DNA of 61,049 nucleotides from an uncultured Oscillibacter sp. (GTDB lineage: Bacteria; Bacillota; Clostridia; Oscillospirales; Oscillospiraceae): the NCBI GenBank assembly GCA_946183175.1, contig CAMHBH010000001.1, positions 1 through 61,049 of the forward strand, written 5' to 3'. Below are positions 51,179-60,950 of the stretch, piece by piece. The position numbers and the translations under genes are program-made. Every line of letters begins with the position of its first letter. The stretch's first letter is position 1. The notes beneath the pieces are model-generated. The model was not told the DNA's origin. It saw only the letters and a program-made list of their open reading frames with translations, and ran no database searches.

Positions 51179-51448
51179 GCTTCAATATCGGAAAGGGGCG
51201 GGTGCGCAGTAACCGTTGGCAAAGTCGCGCTGTCGCTTCTTGACAGTTCCCCCGCACGGCGAAGAGGCCGAAAAACGGGCGTTTTCCACAGAATTATCGC
51301 CTGTTTCCCCGCCGGAAGTTCCGCGGAAACGGGGCGGGGAGACCCCACAGTGCCGGAGGGGGCTTGCCAGCGGAAATGTTACACATAGATTAAAATTACA
51401 TGAGAGAGCGGGCGTCGCGGGACGGCCTGTACTACGGGAAAACGCGGA

Positions 51449-51477
51449 AATTCCCGCCGCGCGTCGCGGCGGGAATC
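51449..51477 (-). terminator. thrS terminator
   Basis: ATTCCCGCCGCG..CGCGGCGGGAAT(TT) hairpin just after the stop. Confidence 0.65.
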
Positions 51478-51487
51478 CAACTGCGCG

Positions 51488-53275
51488 TTATTTGTCCATG
51501 CGCCGGTTGTCCACGGCGTCGCGGAGGATATCCGCGAACTGCTCGAACGACATCGCGCCCAAGTCGCCCCCGGAGCGGTGGCGCGGGGAAACGGTACCGT
51601 TCTCCATGTCGCGGTCGCCCACGATGAGCATGTAGGGCACCTTTTCGAGCTGGGCGTCGCGGATTTTGCGCCCGATTTTCTCGTTGCGCCCGTCGACTTC
51701 CGCCCGGAATCCCGCCGCTTCCAGGCGCGCCCGGACGCTTTCGGCGTACTCCTGCGCGCGGTCGGTGACGGGCAGAACCTTGGCCTGTACGGGGGCCAGC
51801 CACGTCGGGAACGCCCCCATAGTCTCCTCAATCAGGTAGGCCATGAAGCGGTCGAGGGAGCCGAGAATCGCGCGGTGCAGTACGACGGGGGTCTTTTCGG
51901 TGCCGTCGGTGTCGACGTAGGTCAACTGGAATTTCATCGGCAGGCAGAAGTCCAACTGGCAGGTCGAAAGGGTGTACTCCGCGCCCACGGCGGGCCTGAC
52001 GTTGACATCCAGCTTCGGGCCGTAGAAGGCCGCCTCGCCGATTTCCTCCGTGAAGTCAATGCCCAAATCGGTCAGCACTTCCCGGAGGGCGCTTTCGGCC
52101 TGATTCCACATGGCGTCGTCGTCGTGGTACTTGACCTTGTCCGCCGGGTCGCGCAGCGACAGCACGCAGCGGTAGTCCGTGATTCCGAAATCGCGGTAGG
52201 TGTCGAAAATCAGGTCGCAGACCTTCGAGAACTCTTCCTTAATCTGTTCCGGGCGTACAAAGAGGTGCGCGTCGTTCTGGCAGAAGTGGCGGCCCCGTTC
52301 GATACCCTTCAGCACGCCGGAGGCCTCAAAGCGGAAATCGTGGGCAATCTCGCCGATTCTGACGGGCAAATCGCGGTAGGAGTGGGGGCGGTTGGCGTAA
52401 ATGCGCATATGGTGGGGGCAGTTCATGGGCCGCAGGACGTAGGATTCATCTTCGACCTCCATCGCCGGGAACATGTTCTCCTTGTAGTGCTCCCAGTGCC
52501 CGGAGGTGCGGTACAGGTTCACGGTGCCGATACAGGGCGTGAGGACGTGCTGGTAGCCGGACTTCAATTCCTTGTCGCGGATGTAGTTTTCGAGAATGCG
52601 CCAGAGGGTGTAGCCCTTGGGCAGGAACATCGGCAGGCCGCGCCCTACCAGTTCGTCGGTCATGAACAGTTCCAGCTCCCGGCCTAACTTGCGGTGGTCG
52701 CGGCGCTTGGCCTCCTCCAGCTGCCGGAGATAGTCGTCGAGCTCGTCCTTCTTCGGGAAGGCCACGCCGTAAATACGCTGTAGGCTCGCCTTACTGGAAT
52801 CTCCGCGCCAGTAGGCCGCGTTGCAGGCCGTCAATTTGAGGGCGTTGCCCTTAATCCGCCCGGTCGAATCGAGGTGCGGCCCCGCGCACAAGTCCGTAAA
52901 CTCCCCCTGACGGTAGAAGCTGATGGGCACGCCGTCGGGCAAGTCCTGAATCAGCTCTACTTTGTAGGGCTCGCCGCGCTCCTCCATGAACTTCAACGCC
53001 TCCGCGCGCGGGAGTTCAAAGCGTTCGAGTTTGAGCTTCTCCTTGCAGATTTTGCGCATTTCGGCCTCGATTTTCTCCATAATCTCCGGCGTGAACGCGA
53101 ACGGCGAGTCGAGGTCGTAGTAGAACCCGTTGTCAATGGCCGGGCCGATGGCGAGTTTCACTTCGGGGTAAAGCCGCTTCACGGCCTGCGCCAGTACGTG
53201 GGAGCAGGTGTGCCAATAGGTGTGGCGGTAGTCGGGGTTCTCGAACGAGAACGCGTCCTTGTGTTCTTCACTCAT
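51488..53275 (-). CDS. thrS: Threonyl-tRNA synthetase
   Basis: H..HVLA, DLCAGPH, RDHRKLG, PMNCPHH, AAFYGPK, HRAILGS. Confidence 0.97.
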   Translation of the reverse strand: MSEEHKDAFSFENPDYRHTYWHTCSHVLAQAVKRLYPEVKLAIGPAIDNGFYYDLDSPFAFTPEIMEKIEAEMRKICKEKLKLERFELPRAEALKFMEERGEPYKVELIQDLPDGVPISFYRQGEFTDLCAGPHLDSTGRIKGNALKLTACNAAYWRGDSSKASLQRIYGVAFPKKDELDDYLRQLEEAKRRDHRKLGRELELFMTDELVGRGLPMFLPKGYTLWRILENYIRDKELKSGYQHVLTPCIGTVNLYRTSGHWEHYKENMFPAMEVEDESYVLRPMNCPHHMRIYANRPHSYRDLPVRIGEIAHDFRFEASGVLKGIERGRHFCQNDAHLFVRPEQIKEEFSKVCDLIFDTYRDFGITDYRCVLSLRDPADKVKYHDDDAMWNQAESALREVLTDLGIDFTEEIGEAAFYGPKLDVNVRPAVGAEYTLSTCQLDFCLPMKFQLTYVDTDGTEKTPVVLHRAILGSLDRFMAYLIEETMGAFPTWLAPVQAKVLPVTDRAQEYAESVRARLEAAGFRAEVDGRNEKIGRKIRDAQLEKVPYMLIVGDRDMENGTVSPRHRSGGDLGAMSFEQFADILRDAVDNRRMDK

Positions 53276-53297
53276 GTTACAATCCCTCCGTGGGGCG

Positions 53298-53515
53298 GCA
53301 AAAATCCCACCCCCGAATTTTCAGGGGTGGGACAAATCCCACGGTTCCACCCTGCTTGCGGAGTAATCCGCCGCTCGTGTCCTCTGTAACGGGAGGGCCC
53401 GTCCCGCTTGGTCGCGGGCGGCTCGGGAGTGGTACTGCCGCCGCGTACGTGGGGCGCTCCCAGCTATGCGCCCCTCTCTGAAACGTCGCGTCGCGGTTTC
53501 TTCTCCGTCACTGCC
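53298..53515 (-). promoter_or_regulatory. T-box riboswitch (Thr, specifier ACC)
   Basis: Minus strand AGAGA/GCTG stem I motifs, GTACCAC specifier loop, T-box AAGCAGGGTGGAACCG, terminator TCCCACCCC..GGGGTGGGATTTTT; promoter TTGACA-17-TACACT at 53559-53531. Confidence 0.9.
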
Positions 53516-53606
53516 GTTTTGCTGTCGGACAGTGTAGCACGCCCCGGCGGCTTTGTCAAGCGGCAAAAATCGCCGGCGTCGCCGCCGCGCGGGCAAGCGG
53601 CGGGGA

Positions 53607-55898
53607 TTACAGGATTCCTTTCAGGGTATTGATGAGCGCCTTTACGTCAATCGGCTTGGCTACGTGTCCATTCATACCGGCTTCAAAGGCGGCCTTCCGG
53701 TCTTCCTCGAACGCGTTGGCTGTCATGGCGATTATCGGAATCCCCGCGAGGTTCCGGTTTTCCAGCAGGCGTATTTTCCGCGCCGCGTCGTACCCGTTCA
53801 TGACGGGCATTTGGATATCCATCAGCACGGCGTCGTAGTAGCCGGGCCGGGAGGCCTGTACCATGCTGACCGCCTTTTCGCCGTCGTCGGCCTCCTCGAC
53901 CAAAAAGCCGTTCATTTCCAGTACCGCCACGGCGATTTCCCGGTTGATTTCCATGTCGTCCACCAACAGCAGACGCTTTCCGGTAAAATCAGGTTCGGGA
54001 CTTTCGTCTTTTTTAGCCGCGTCCGGTTCCGTTTCCTCCGGCGAAATCTCAAACTCTACGGAGACAATAAACTCCGTGCCTTTTCCGGGGGCCGTGACGA
54101 CTTCGATACTTCCCCCCATCAAATCGACGATTTTCTTGGTAATCGCCATGCCGAGACCCGTACCCTGTATGCCGCTGACGGTCGAGGTCTTTTCGCGCTC
54201 GAACGCCTCAAACACATGGGCCGCAAATTCCGGCGTCATGCCGATTCCGTTGTCTTTGACGCGAAATTCGTATACCCCGCGCCCGCCGGGCGTCCTGCCC
54301 TTCTGCGAAATCCGTACTTCCACCCGTCCGCCGTCGGGCGTGTACTTCACCGCGTTGCTGAGGAGATTCAACAGCACTTGGTTCAGTCTGAGTTTGTCGC
54401 AAATCACATTCTTGTTGGTCACGCCGGAGAAATCGACGGTCAATTCCTGATTCTTGGCCTCCGCGAGGTTTACGACCATTGCGTGAAAATCCTCCACGAG
54501 CCGCGCAAGATTACAGGGACTGTTTGCAAGCTCTATTTTGCCGCTTTCAATCCTGCTCATTTCCAGTACGTCGTTGATAAGCGACAGCAGGTGGTTGCTC
54601 GACGTGAGTATTTTTTCCAGGTACTCCCGCGTTTTCCCGGGGTTCCCGGCGCACTGCCGCGCGAGGTTCGTAAAGCCTATAATCGCGTTCATCGGCGTGC
54701 GGATGTCGTGGGACATGTTGGAGAGAAACGCCGTTTTCGCCGCGCTCGACGCCTTGGCCTGCTCTAACGCCTCTTCCAGCCTGCGATTCTGTTCCTCCTG
54801 CTCGCGGCGTATTTCCGTGGTGTCGGAAATCAACAGCGCGTAGAAGTGCGCCTCTCTGTCCGCCGCGAAGAACGTAAAGCGCTTGTAGACAATTTCGCTG
54901 TCGGCGTGATAGGAGAAGTCCACGGCGTAGGCGTCTTTGTCGGACAGTTCCCGCTCGACCCGCTCCAGTTTGAGGGCGTCGAGCAGTCTGTCGGGACTGT
55001 CCGCCCCCAAGTCCAGACTGCTGACCAGCCGCCCGACCGCCTCCCCGTACTCCGTCTCCCCGTCGCCGGACAGAAGGACATCCGGGTGATTCCGCTCGCC
55101 GCTGGAAAGCACCGTGCCCAGTTGCCCGCTTGCGATATAGGCGATTGCGTCGTACTCCTCGCTCAGCGCCTTGTTCCAGATGACGCGGTCAATCATGTCG
55201 CGGTTGTAGTCGCGCTCCGTGATGAACGCTATCACCTCTCCGGTAACGGGCTGCTGCGCCAAAGCCGCCTCCATGAGAAAGTAGCCGTTTCTGACTGACT
55301 TCCGGCGGGCGTAGATAGTCTCGCTGGCGGTGTTGTGGCCGTTCTGGAAATGTTTCAGTAAGCCCTCGCGGGTAAAAAGTCCGGGGCCGTAGCGCTCCGC
55401 GGGTTTTATGAGCAAGTCGGGGAAGCGGTTCAGCATCAAATCCGTGTAAGTACGGGCGGTTTTGTCCGAATCGTAAAGGTCGGTTCCGGCGCGGTCTTCC
55501 ACGATATCCTTTGTCAGATTGACGCGGAAGACGGCAAGCCTGTCTTTTGTAATAGAAGTCAGCTCCTCGCGCAGTTCGTTGTACATGGCGTTGATTCTGT
55601 GCTCGTCGTTTTGAATGTAGCCGACAATCCTTATCATGACATTCAGAATGAGAAACACGAAGACGCTCCCGCCGAAAAGGATTCCGCCCATGACGAGAGT
55701 AGGATTGCCGAACAGCGCCGTAATCAGGTAGCCTATCAGGAAGAAGACCAGCAGGAAGAAGGGCAGGTACAAGAATGTACGGCGCATTTCCAGCACGCCG
55801 GTTTTCTTCATTTTCCGGGCGAAGCGGTAATAGTGCAGGATGTTGTAGACCATCAGCGCGCTGCCCAGGTAAATCATACAGGGAATTACGATTTTCAT
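53607..55898 (-). CDS. Hybrid sensor histidine kinase/response regulator
   Basis: N-terminal TM; SHDIRTPMN, NAVKYT, DNGIG, GTGLG; one REC (LMDIQMP). Confidence 0.92.
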   Translation of the reverse strand: MKIVIPCMIYLGSALMVYNILHYYRFARKMKKTGVLEMRRTFLYLPFFLLVFFLIGYLITALFGNPTLVMGGILFGGSVFVFLILNVMIRIVGYIQNDEHRINAMYNELREELTSITKDRLAVFRVNLTKDIVEDRAGTDLYDSDKTARTYTDLMLNRFPDLLIKPAERYGPGLFTREGLLKHFQNGHNTASETIYARRKSVRNGYFLMEAALAQQPVTGEVIAFITERDYNRDMIDRVIWNKALSEEYDAIAYIASGQLGTVLSSGERNHPDVLLSGDGETEYGEAVGRLVSSLDLGADSPDRLLDALKLERVERELSDKDAYAVDFSYHADSEIVYKRFTFFAADREAHFYALLISDTTEIRREQEEQNRRLEEALEQAKASSAAKTAFLSNMSHDIRTPMNAIIGFTNLARQCAGNPGKTREYLEKILTSSNHLLSLINDVLEMSRIESGKIELANSPCNLARLVEDFHAMVVNLAEAKNQELTVDFSGVTNKNVICDKLRLNQVLLNLLSNAVKYTPDGGRVEVRISQKGRTPGGRGVYEFRVKDNGIGMTPEFAAHVFEAFEREKTSTVSGIQGTGLGMAITKKIVDLMGGSIEVVTAPGKGTEFIVSVEFEISPEETEPDAAKKDESPEPDFTGKRLLLVDDMEINREIAVAVLEMNGFLVEEADDGEKAVSMVQASRPGYYDAVLMDIQMPVMNGYDAARKIRLLENRNLAGIPIIAMTANAFEEDRKAAFEAGMNGHVAKPIDVKALINTLKGIL

Positions 55899-55951
55899 AC
55901 AGGAATCTCCTCGTGAAGCCAACTCCGCAAGGGGCGATAGGGCCGGGGCAG

Positions 55952-56812
55952 TCAGGTTTCCGCCGCGCGCAACCGCCGCGACAACTCCGCGAAGTCCCGT
56001 AGCGTCAGGCGTTCGCCCCGTACAGTCTCCGGCAGTCCGCGGGCGCGCACGGCGTCGCGGATAACTTCTTTGGGGAGTTCCGGCAGGGCGGCGGCGAGAC
56101 TGTTCACAATCGTTTTCCGGCGCAGGAGGAACGCCCCGCGCACGACACGGAAGAAGTACGCCTCGTCGGGCACGTCGACGGCGGGGGCCGCGCGGCGCAC
56201 ACAGCGCAAAAGCGCCGAGTCGACTTTGGGCCGGGGCAGGAACTTCTCCCGCGAGACTTCCAGCGCGATTTCGGGCACCATGTAGTAGCGCAGGAAGAGC
56301 GCGAAGGAGCCGCCGTCGCCGGAGCCCTCCGGGGCGGCGAGGCGTTCGGCGACTTCCTTCTGTACGAGTACCGTCACGGACTGGAAACACGGCGTCAGGA
56401 TGAGCTTTTCGAGAATCGGCGACGTGATGTTATAGGGCAGGTTCGCGCAGACCGTCGGCGTCAGGCCGTCGAACTTTTCCGCCGCGAGCGCGGAGAGGTC
56501 GAGCTTGAGCGCGTCGCCCTGTACGATTTCGACGTTTTCGAGGCCGCGCATAGTCTCCGCGAGCACCGGGAGCAGGGCGCGGTCGAGTTCCACCGACACC
56601 ACTTTCCCGGCGCGTTTCGACAACTCCGCCGTCAGCGCGCCCACGCCCGGCCCGATTTCCAGTACGCCGCCGGACTTGTCCGCGCCGGAGGCGTCCGCAA
56701 TCGCCGCCGGGATTTCCGGGTCAATGAGAAAATTTTGCCCCATGGATTTCGAGAACCGGAAGCCGTGGCGTTCCAGCAGGGGACGTAAGTCCCGCTCACT
56801 GCATAAGTTCAT
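55952..56812 (-). CDS. rsmA: 16S rRNA adenine dimethyltransferase
   Basis: KSMGQNFL, EIGPGVG, ANLPYNIT, QKEVAERL, P.PKVDS, RRKT. Confidence 0.95.
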   Translation of the reverse strand: MNLCSERDLRPLLERHGFRFSKSMGQNFLIDPEIPAAIADASGADKSGGVLEIGPGVGALTAELSKRAGKVVSVELDRALLPVLAETMRGLENVEIVQGDALKLDLSALAAEKFDGLTPTVCANLPYNITSPILEKLILTPCFQSVTVLVQKEVAERLAAPEGSGDGGSFALFLRYYMVPEIALEVSREKFLPRPKVDSALLRCVRRAAPAVDVPDEAYFFRVVRGAFLLRRKTIVNSLAAALPELPKEVIRDAVRARGLPETVRGERLTLRDFAELSRRLRAAET

Positions 56813-58212
56813 CAGTATTTCCCCAGCGAGGCGGTGTCGTCGGAGGCGCTGCTCCCGTACTGGAAATCGTTCCCGGGCAACAAGGCGTTGAGCGCGATTC
56901 CCGCGATGGCCGCGATAGAGAGGCTTGTCAGCGTCAGCGACGCCCCGCCGATTTGGAAGGTCAGGCCGTCCGTGAAGCCCAGGCCCGAGACGAGTATCAC
57001 CGCCGCGATAATCAGATTGCGCGAGTTGGTGAAGTCGACGCGGTTTTCGACGATGTTCCGCACGCCGATGGCCGAAATCATGCCGTAGAGGATGAAGCTG
57101 ATACCGCCGACAATCGCCGCCGGGAGGGAGTTCACGAGCGCCGCGAACGCCGGGGAGAACGACAGTACGATAGCGTACACCGCCGCCAGACGAATCACGC
57201 GCGGGTCGTAGACTTTCGAGAGTACCAGTACGCCGGTATTCTCGCCGTAGGTGGTATTCGAGGGCCCGCCGAAGAGGCCCGCCAGCGAAGTCGCGACGCC
57301 GTCGCCGATGAGGGTACGGTGCAGGCCGGGGTCGGTGATGAAGTTCTCGCCGACCGTCGCCGAGATAGCGGACATGTCGCCGATGTGCTCCATCATGGAG
57401 GCGATAGCAATCGGGGCCATGACCAGCACCGCCGACAGGTCGAATTTCGCGACGCTCCCGGGCAGATTCGTCAGGAACGGTTGCAGGCCGACCGGATTCG
57501 CCGCCAGTACGCCGGAGAAGTCCATAAGCGGTACAGTCTCCCCGGCGGCGCTGACCGCCGTCGCCCCGAAGAAGTTCGCCACGACCGCCACGGCGTACGC
57601 GCCCACGACGCCAAGCAGAATCGGGACGATTTTAATCATGCCCTTCCCCCAGATATTCGCCGCGATGATAATGCCCATTGCCACGAGGGCCAGCCACCAG
57701 CAGGTTTTCGCGTTGTTGACGGCGGACGGCGCGAGGTTCAGGCCAATCAGGATAATGATAGGCCCCGTGACGACGGGCGGCAGGTAGTGCATGACCTTCA
57801 TAATGCCCACGGCCTTGACAACAGCCGCCAGCAGGACGTACAACAGCCCCGCGACGACCAGTCCGCCGCAGGCGTACTGGAGCTTTTCGGAGGCGGCCAT
57901 ACCGGCGTAGATTCCGCCGCTCATGTTGGCCATGGTGTAGAAGCCGCCGAGGAACGCGAACGAGGAGCCCAGAAACGCCGGGACTTTCATTTTCGTACAG
58001 ACATGGAAGAACAGCGTGCCGACCCCGGCGAAAAACAGGGTGGTTTGAATGGACAGGGGCAGGCCGTAGCCCTGGACGAGAATCGGGACAAGCACGGTCG
58101 CCCCGAACATGGCGAAGAGGTGTTGCAGGCCCAGTAAGAGCATACGGGGCAGGCCGAGGGTGCGGGCGTCGGTCACGGGGGCCTGTCCGATTACGGTCTT
58201 GTGTTCGTTCAT
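56812..58212 (-). CDS. uraA: Uracil/xanthine (NCS2) permease
   Basis: QHLFAMFGAT, FLGSSFAF, PPVVTG, EHIGD, TTYGENTG. Confidence 0.88.
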   Translation of the reverse strand: MNEHKTVIGQAPVTDARTLGLPRMLLLGLQHLFAMFGATVLVPILVQGYGLPLSIQTTLFFAGVGTLFFHVCTKMKVPAFLGSSFAFLGGFYTMANMSGGIYAGMAASEKLQYACGGLVVAGLLYVLLAAVVKAVGIMKVMHYLPPVVTGPIIILIGLNLAPSAVNNAKTCWWLALVAMGIIIAANIWGKGMIKIVPILLGVVGAYAVAVVANFFGATAVSAAGETVPLMDFSGVLAANPVGLQPFLTNLPGSVAKFDLSAVLVMAPIAIASMMEHIGDMSAISATVGENFITDPGLHRTLIGDGVATSLAGLFGGPSNTTYGENTGVLVLSKVYDPRVIRLAAVYAIVLSFSPAFAALVNSLPAAIVGGISFILYGMISAIGVRNIVENRVDFTNSRNLIIAAVILVSGLGFTDGLTFQIGGASLTLTSLSIAAIAGIALNALLPGNDFQYGSSASDDTASLGKY

Positions 58213-58253
58213 GAAGCGCTCCTTTCCGCGTGCGGGCATAAAAACACCGGCAC

Positions 58254-58298
58254 TCAAAGCCGGTTTGCACAGGGAATCATGGGAAAACGTCGTTGCAT
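58254..58298 (-). CDS. Putative 14-aa leader peptide MQRRFPMIPCANRL of a uraA attenuator
   Basis: RBS GGAGGAGG; stop codon lies in the loop of a terminator-like hairpin; promoter TTGCAA-17-TATAAT at 58355-58327. Confidence 0.5.
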   Translation of the reverse strand: MQRRFPMIPCANRL

Positions 58299-58446
58299 AG
58301 CTGTCCCTCCTCCCACGATTTTCGTTATTATACCGGAAAATGCCGCGCTTTGCAAGTGCGTTTTTGGATGAACTCCGCGAAAAATCCGCCGAAAGATTGT
58401 CAAATTTGACTGTTGCCGCGCCGCTACAGAAAGATACTTCCTACTC

Positions 58447-58764
58447 CTAGCTTTCCTTGTTTGTATCCGTCCCATGGTGGACTTTTTGAAAATATTCCAT
58501 CAGTCCACAGAGAATTTCCTGTTCCTGCGGCGTGAAATTGTGAATATCAACACTTTTTTCACTGGCTAAGCCCAACAAATAATCCGTGCTGATGTGAAAC
58601 CGCTGAGCGAGGTCTACTAATTTCGATACGGTGGGCAAAGAAATTCCCATTTCCCAAGCATTGACACTGGCGCGTGTAATGCCCATGTCTTGCGCGAGTT
58701 GTTTCTGGGTAAGATGATGGGATTCCCGAAGTTCCCTTAACCGCTCCGCTAGCTGAATAATCAT
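58447..58764 (-). CDS. XRE-family helix-turn-helix regulator
   Basis: LRELRE..LTQKQLA..GITRASVNAWEMG..P..ISTDYLLG; RBS GAGGTG. Confidence 0.9.
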   Translation of the reverse strand: MIIQLAERLRELRESHHLTQKQLAQDMGITRASVNAWEMGISLPTVSKLVDLAQRFHISTDYLLGLASEKSVDIHNFTPQEQEILCGLMEYFQKVHHGTDTNKES

Positions 58765-58937
58765 ACAATCACCTCATCATACTGTAACTAGGAGGCTAGA
58801 AAAATAAATTATCAATAATGATATTTTAATTTGACAAAGGGTGCAAATTTTTGTTTGTACGATTTGTGAGTATTACAACTCAAATTTGTGCAATTCTACA
58901 ATTTGATATTTATAACATCTTTTTAAGATAATTTAAC

Positions 58938-58966
58938 TTGACATCCTGCTTTTCCTGTGTTATACT
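58938..58966 (+). promoter_or_regulatory. Sigma-A promoter
   Basis: TTGACA-17-TATACT with TGn. Confidence 0.7.
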
Positions 58967-59062
58967 GCCTGTTAGTTCGGAGGCCTATTAGCTGGCATTT
59001 TACCCTCGATATCCATCATCAACTGCTATACGCACTCTGGACAATATTTAGGAGGTGTTAAT

Positions 59063-59572
59063 ATGACTGCTTCTGTCTCAATCCCTCGGCGCGTCGCATC
59101 CCTTTTCCTGGCTTTCCTGACCCTGTTCACGCTCAACGCCAATCTGCTGACTGTCAGCGCGTCCGCCACTAACACGAAGAGCATCGGAATTGTGTGGCAG
59201 GATTGGAATGGGGGTATCCGCTCGCGCTCCAGCGATTTCTCCATCAGTGGAAACTTCTGGTCGAAACGGAAAGTCACCATTGTCAGCGATTTTCTCCCGA
59301 ATATCGCCAGTCAGGGAGACAGAGACCAGACTTACCGGAAGGCCGCCCAGTTTATGCTCGACCATGCCCGTTTCAATGTTACTGTGAAGGACAAGAACGG
59401 CAGACAGGTTTCCTCCTACAGCGGTTTGCGGTGCAATTCCGCGTTCTATCTTCCCAAATGGAGCACGCAAAAATACACCGTTACGGTTTCCGGCAGTTTC
59501 AACTCCTACAACAGCAGAAATACGGTTCAGTGGAACGCCGCTTACTTTGGAAAGTATCATCTGAAGTATTAA
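59063..59572 (+). CDS. Secreted basic hypothetical protein
   Basis: RBS AGGAGGTG; signal peptide ending VSASA; lower GC. Confidence 0.7.
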   Translation: MTASVSIPRRVASLFLAFLTLFTLNANLLTVSASATNTKSIGIVWQDWNGGIRSRSSDFSISGNFWSKRKVTIVSDFLPNIASQGDRDQTYRKAAQFMLDHARFNVTVKDKNGRQVSSYSGLRCNSAFYLPKWSTQKYTVTVSGSFNSYNSRNTVQWNAAYFGKYHLKY

Positions 59573-59613
59573 TGCGTTGTCAAACCGCTTGATTCCGCAT
59601 ACCGCAACAACAT

Positions 59614-59657
59614 AAAGAACAAGCGTTCGGAGCTTTTGCCCCGGACGCTTGTTCTTT
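59614..59657. terminator. Bidirectional terminator
   Basis: AAAGAACAAGCGTTCGG..CCGGACGCTTGTTCTTT. Confidence 0.8.
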
Positions 59658-59716
59658 AACTTTCTATTTTCGGATTACAGACAAAGAGCCGTGAAGATAC
59701 TCCTGTTTGTCGTGTG

Positions 59717-60595
59717 TCAGTCGCAACGGGAGCCGCCGCGCCCGCCGCCGTTGCCGCGTCCGGAGGTGTTGCCGTTGCCGCAGTTATTCGAGGCGTTGCT
59801 GTCGCAGTTGCCCGAATTTCCCGAGGAAACGTTTCCGCAGTTGCTCGACGAGACGTTACAGCAGGTTCCGCCCCACGCGTCCACGCACGAGCCCGCGCCG
59901 CGCACGGCATTCGGCGGGAAGAACTCGCCCTCCGGGAAGTCGATGTTGCGGAAGATACTGCACGGATCCTCCGCCGGACTTAATCCGCCCGTCCCCGAGC
60001 AGTCCTTACGGGGCATACAGTAGTCAATCATGGGAATCAAAAGCTGTGTGTCGCGCTCCAGGCGCACGATGGAGAATTGTCCGAGGGTGATATACACCTG
60101 CCGCCCGTCGTCACAGCTCGACAGCCCGTCGCCGAAACAGCCGTTGATGAAGTCGGGGATTTCGCACAGTTCGCAGTCGCGGCGGTCGTTGCGGTCGACA
60201 ATGCGCGCGTCGAGTACGATAGGGTCGACGGCCTCCACGACCGCCACGGGCAGATTGTTCTTCTGCATCATCTGAATATCGGGTTCCCCGATACGCACCT
60301 GTGACGAGAAAATCCGCGCGTTGCCCTCGCTTCCGTACAGAATCGTGCGCTTGTCGAACACGCACAGGCCCTCCACCGTCACCGGAATCGGACTGCTCAA
60401 GTACGCCTGCAACGTGACGTGATAGAAGAAACGCATATCGACTGTGTAGAAACCTCTGTGGAAGCTGACGGGTTCCACGTCCACGTAGACGTGCAGCAGT
60501 TTCGCGCTCCCGCCCTTGACCGACATGGCCCGGTTGATAACGTCCGCGCAACGGCACTGCGGATAGAATCGCAAATCCTCGATACAGTCCTTATC
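59717..60595 (-). CDS. 3' part of a conserved Cys-rich clostridial protein (probable spore coat/exosporium), 5' end missing
   Basis: DKDCIEDLRFYP..FDKR.ILYGSEG..EAVDPIVL..LGQFSI.RLERD.QLLIP..DYC.P.K.C..PC..F..FP..EFFP; no start or RBS, preceded by unrelated DNA. Confidence 0.65.
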   Translation of the reverse strand, partial: DKDCIEDLRFYPQCRCADVINRAMSVKGGSAKLLHVYVDVEPVSFHRGFYTVDMRFFYHVTLQAYLSSPIPVTVEGLCVFDKRTILYGSEGNARIFSSQVRIGEPDIQMMQKNNLPVAVVEAVDPIVLDARIVDRNDRRDCELCEIPDFINGCFGDGLSSCDDGRQVYITLGQFSIVRLERDTQLLIPMIDYCMPRKDCSGTGGLSPAEDPCSIFRNIDFPEGEFFPPNAVRGAGSCVDAWGGTCCNVSSSNCGNVSSGNSGNCDSNASNNCGNGNTSGRGNGGGRGGSRCD

Positions 60596-60616
60596 TAAAG
60601 ATATTACGTCTTTAAT

Positions 60617-60651
60617 GAAAACGCGCCGGGGGAGTGTATCCCGGCGCGTCG
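60617..60651 (-). terminator. Intrinsic terminator at the end of the inserted segment
   Basis: Minus ACGCGCCGGG-atacactcc-CCCGGCGCGTTTTCA. Confidence 0.75.
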
Positions 60652-60664
60652 TTCTTTTGATTTC

Positions 60665-60950
60665 AGGAAAGCCGTTGGCCTCGATTTCCGCGTTGGCGAC
60701 GTAACAGCCTTGTACCCGCTTCTGTTCGCCGCCCTGCGGCGCGTAGAGCATATCGCCATGACCGACCAGCGCCTCCGCCCCGTTACGGTCAAGTATGTAC
60801 GCGATTCCAGCGCCGACGTGACTTTCAACGCGATACGGTTTGGGACGTTCGCTTTCATCAGACCCGTCGCGTTCTTCCGGAGCGACGCGGCGTCCGCGCG
60901 GTTTCCGCCCCGCCCCGCGCCAGAAGCTCAGGCGGGATTCGCAACTTTTC
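60665..60950 (-). pseudogene. FtsK/SpoIIIE relic with internal deletion and frameshifts
   Basis: TGLMKANVPNRIALKV.S..ESRT / LDRNG / EALVGHGDMLYAP..RVQGCYV..EIE across three frames matches the FtsK C-terminal motor motifs. Confidence 0.75.

Noticed and set aside
51230-51480. Plus-strand sRNA or promoter between capD-like gene and thrS
   Set aside because: TTGACA and TTGCCA hexamers lack a well-spaced -10; no recognisable RNA family
59717-60751. 344-aa ORF as one genuine protein
   Set aside because: Its first 52 codons are an ftsK fragment plus a terminator hairpin that happen to be in frame; no RBS
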